Positions 60,806 through 64,000 of a DNA stretch of 64,000 nt are shown here, piece after piece. The notes under the pieces were generated by a model. It saw only the letters and a program-made list of their open reading frames with translations. It had not been told where the DNA came from and searched no databases. How positions within the stretch are numbered: the first letter of the stretch is position 1; each line of letters starts with the position of its first letter. This DNA is from Marsupella aquatica (taxonomy: Eukaryota; Plantae; Marchantiophyta), in assembly GCA_973895155.1 (NCBI GenBank), contig OZ316891.1, forward strand, positions 15,159,037-15,223,036, written 5' to 3'. The translations under genes and the position numbers were made by a program.

Positions 60806-63800
60806 CTAATACGGTTTCTCTCCTTCGTCAAACGCACCCAGTGCCTTCATATCTTCAAGAAAGGCATAGTATGAGTCGTCAATACTTTGTGGCTTCACAG
60901 CAGGTGGCACCGGGGTAGGCTTTGTCGGGTTTGCATTTGCAACTGGTGGCGCTGAATTTACTGCTGGCTTTGGTTTGAACTTCTGAGTGTTTTCTCTCCG
61001 TACTCGAACTGATGCAGGCACCTACAACCAGCCCCATAATGCCAAATAAACCAACGTCAAGTTAGAGGAAGCGACAGAGTAACCTGAACAGCTCAGAAGC
61101 AAGTAAGAAGATCCACCATTCTCAATATTTACCCAAGGTTCTATAGGCTTAGTTGCTCGAACGTTGACCTACAATCACTGACCCCTGTGCAATAGCTACA
61201 AATCCTGAATCAACATAGGGCGATTCTCACTAGAGAATAGACACAGCTTCACCTAAGGGATAAGCATGAAAATTTGACAGCTCACATTCTAATGCACAAC
61301 CCAGAAAAAGACAATTTAAGAATTATAAGTTCCTCGTACCATGGACGTCAGCTCAGGAGTGTGTTGTGCAAGAGGTCTCTTTACAACTGTTGCAGCAGCT
61401 GATTTTATATAAGACGGCTTAGAAGCCCCAGCTCTGTTCGCGTCTTCTAGGCCTGTTCCGTCTGATGGCCTTGGTGGTGGAGGTGGCAGGCCTGAGGGTG
61501 GTCCTATAGGGTCACCACTCCTCATTGTTGGAGGGCCAGGAGGTGGTCGCATTCGTGGAGGTCCTGGGGGCAGGCCCACGTGAGGTCTAGGGAGCCCGGG
61601 TGGAGGCCCGGGTGGAGGCCCGGGTGGCGGAGCCATCCCCACCGGAGAAATTCTTTGCTGCATAGGAGGGGGCGGAGGAAGAGATATTGGGAGCCTCATA
61701 CCAGCAGGGAGCGGGGGAGGAGGTGGAAGCCCTGTGACTGATACACCTGGAGGTAAATCTTCCCCCGGTGAGTCTTGCGGAGGCGGACCAGGTGGAGGTC
61801 TCATAAGGACAGCTGGGGATCGTGCAGGTTGTTGGCTTGGTGGCCTGAGAGGTGGAGGTGGTAGTCGTTGTACCGGCCCCTGATCCTTCACTACCGTAGA
61901 TTCCGTAACTTCATCGTCTTGCACATTTGCTTGAGGTGGTCTATTTGGTGGGGGTGGTACTCGGCTCAGACCCTGCAATGGAAAATCCCAACATGAATAC
62001 TATCACCTAAGCACAATCAGTCGAAGACCTTCTAAATTTTGTTCTCAATCAACAAACTTTAGTGCTAGGCACTAAGGGGCCATCACCGGGCTTCACTTTT
62101 AGGAGAGAACCATCCTAATTCACCTGCAAATTTGTATACAATCCTCTCGTCCCTATGGCACTGACCATCGTGATAGTCCATCACCAATGTAACCAAGAAC
62201 TGTGTACTCACCTGGCCTTCTGATGGAACAGCAGCAATGTTCTCTGCTTTTTCATTCTCTGCTTCGTCACCAGCGTCAGGTGAAGGACGGGCAATTGATA
62301 CTTCTTGGATTGTTCCTGGGGGTGGGGGCTGAGGGGCTCTGGGGGGTGGTGGCGGAAGTGATACAGAAACTGCCTGACCTGTTCCAGCAGGAGGGGGGCC
62401 AGGAGGTGGAGGTGGGAGAGAAGTAGAGAGCAGACCAGACCCTACATCCGGGTGTGAAGGGACAGGAGGTGGAGGAGGTACTGGGACAGGAAGAGGAATA
62501 ACCGGATCCCCAACAGTTGAGGACCCTTCCCCGTCAGCAGGCAAAGGGGGAGGAGGAGGAGGAGGAGGAAGAGGCATTGGTCCTGTTTGTTGCTCTCCAG
62601 ATGTCGATGCTGCTCCTCCAGCTGAGAGGGGAATTCTGGGCCCTGAAAAAAAACACTGGTATGAGAAAAGTGGACATGCGCCATAATCAAGCTTTATAGG
62701 TGCAATAAACCTATAGTACCAATTCAGGAAAGGACATTAATCAACCGCGACTGCCATTAATCCACATCATCTCGAATTGAAATCTGCCCAGAGGACAAAA
62801 TGTAAATTAAGCCAGTATCTTTCTACTCTGACTAATGCGTACCAATCGCTGACTTGTACATAGGCGGTTTGCCAGGAGGAGGGGCTCCACTAGGGTTCAG
62901 AGATGGATGATAATAGACAGAGTCCTGCACCACAAAAATTCACACGGGAGAACCAAATTAAACTACAGTAACTTAAAAATTAAAATTTGCCAGGCGTTTC
63001 AGCATTTGAAGACACATACAGCGAGGATCGTACACACAACAGAGGACTGCAGAAAAACAGCAACATAACCTCGAGAGTCCTACATACCTCAGGTTTAGGA
63101 TGCTTTGCTCTTTCTTCTTCTTCTGCTGTTGCTCGTCTCCGTGGTGCAGGCAAGTGACTGATAAGGACACCCGATCGCCAGAGTGCAATAACCATTTCGG
63201 GAGCAAAGACGAAGGACACTAGATCAGTCACAGTTCGAATCATATCGAAAAGGCAAGCACCAGAAAAAGCTACGCAGCATTTCTTTCTCAAGCTTTGGCT
63301 ACAAGCTCAACCAATTGCATTTCCTCTGATCACCATCTGAGCTCATGAGAACAACCTGGCCACTAATTCACAAACAGAAAGGAATTACAAAATACTACGA
63401 CTTATGTAACACGCTGATGAGGATTTCAACGTTCTTCTCTCTATAAGAAAGGGAAACAAACCTGAACATAACTGGCTCCTCACCCTTCTCTCGCATCTTG
63501 TCTTCATACTCCTGCAGTTACAAGATTGTCACATCAGCATTCATGAACGATTGCAACACCTAGTGGTCAGGCGTGATCGTAAAAAAGCATTGGAATGGAT
63601 AAGGTCATTTTTTCTCAAGTTGAGGTCTTGAAGGAGAGGGAATAATATCCGCATGGATGAAATTTTTCGAACAGATTTTTTAAAAGTCAATGCTTTCAGC
63701 TCCCACAGTCCAGGACAGAGAAAATAACTTGCAGCAATGACCAACTAGTACCTTTCTCTTCTTGATCACCAAGTTCAAGGTATCTTCCAATTGTCTCTTC

Positions 63801-63837
63801 TTATGCCTTCTAGTCTTATCCAGCGCTCCATCAGCCT
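60806..63837 (-). CDS. ELF5: WW domain-binding protein 11 / EARLY FLOWERING 5-like protein, 5'-partial; exons 63837-63752, 63511-63462, 63157-63088, 62924-62843, 62642-62212, 61972-61340, 61021-60806
   Basis: [72 protein letters not shown], Pro-rich middle, [42 protein letters not shown]; all GT-AG and in frame. Confidence 0.9.
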
Positions 63838-64000
63838 CTGCACAGGAAGCACATAATTTTCGGTCAGGCGCAAAAGGATCGAAGGAGAACTTTCAAAAGC
63901 TGCCTGATCCCCCTACATTCTTATCCAAAATAGACGTTACGAATCCCTACAAAAACGAATGGCCACTTGTTAAAAAGAGCCACAAATGGTCCGAAGATGT

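Overview
Eukaryotic land-plant nuclear DNA (spliceosomal introns, plant gene families; a non-seed plant such as a liverwort is my guess, not established). Host genes, all on the minus strand: a decayed S1/P1 nuclease pseudogene (1-2674), an NPG1/NPGR-like TPR protein (6107-9278), an intronless FAD2 omega-6 desaturase (33351-34499) and the 3' part of a WBP11/ELF5-like gene (60806-63837, 5' end not located). The rest is nested transposons: a Ty1/copia (13955-21054), a chromodomain Ty3/gypsy (48673-56961), three solo LTRs, a 6.2-kb multi-ORF PIF/Harbinger, Helitrons built from minisatellites, and five MITEs with 8-bp TSDs. Most striking observation: the gypsy element and all three related solo LTRs have TSD-defined termini 5'-AGT...ACT-3' instead of the canonical TG...CA. 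Also notable: MITE families with CYCGG termini that I cannot assign to a superfamily, a three-level nest, and a DUP-INV-DUP template-switch rearrangement. All coordinates were read by eye; no searches were run.
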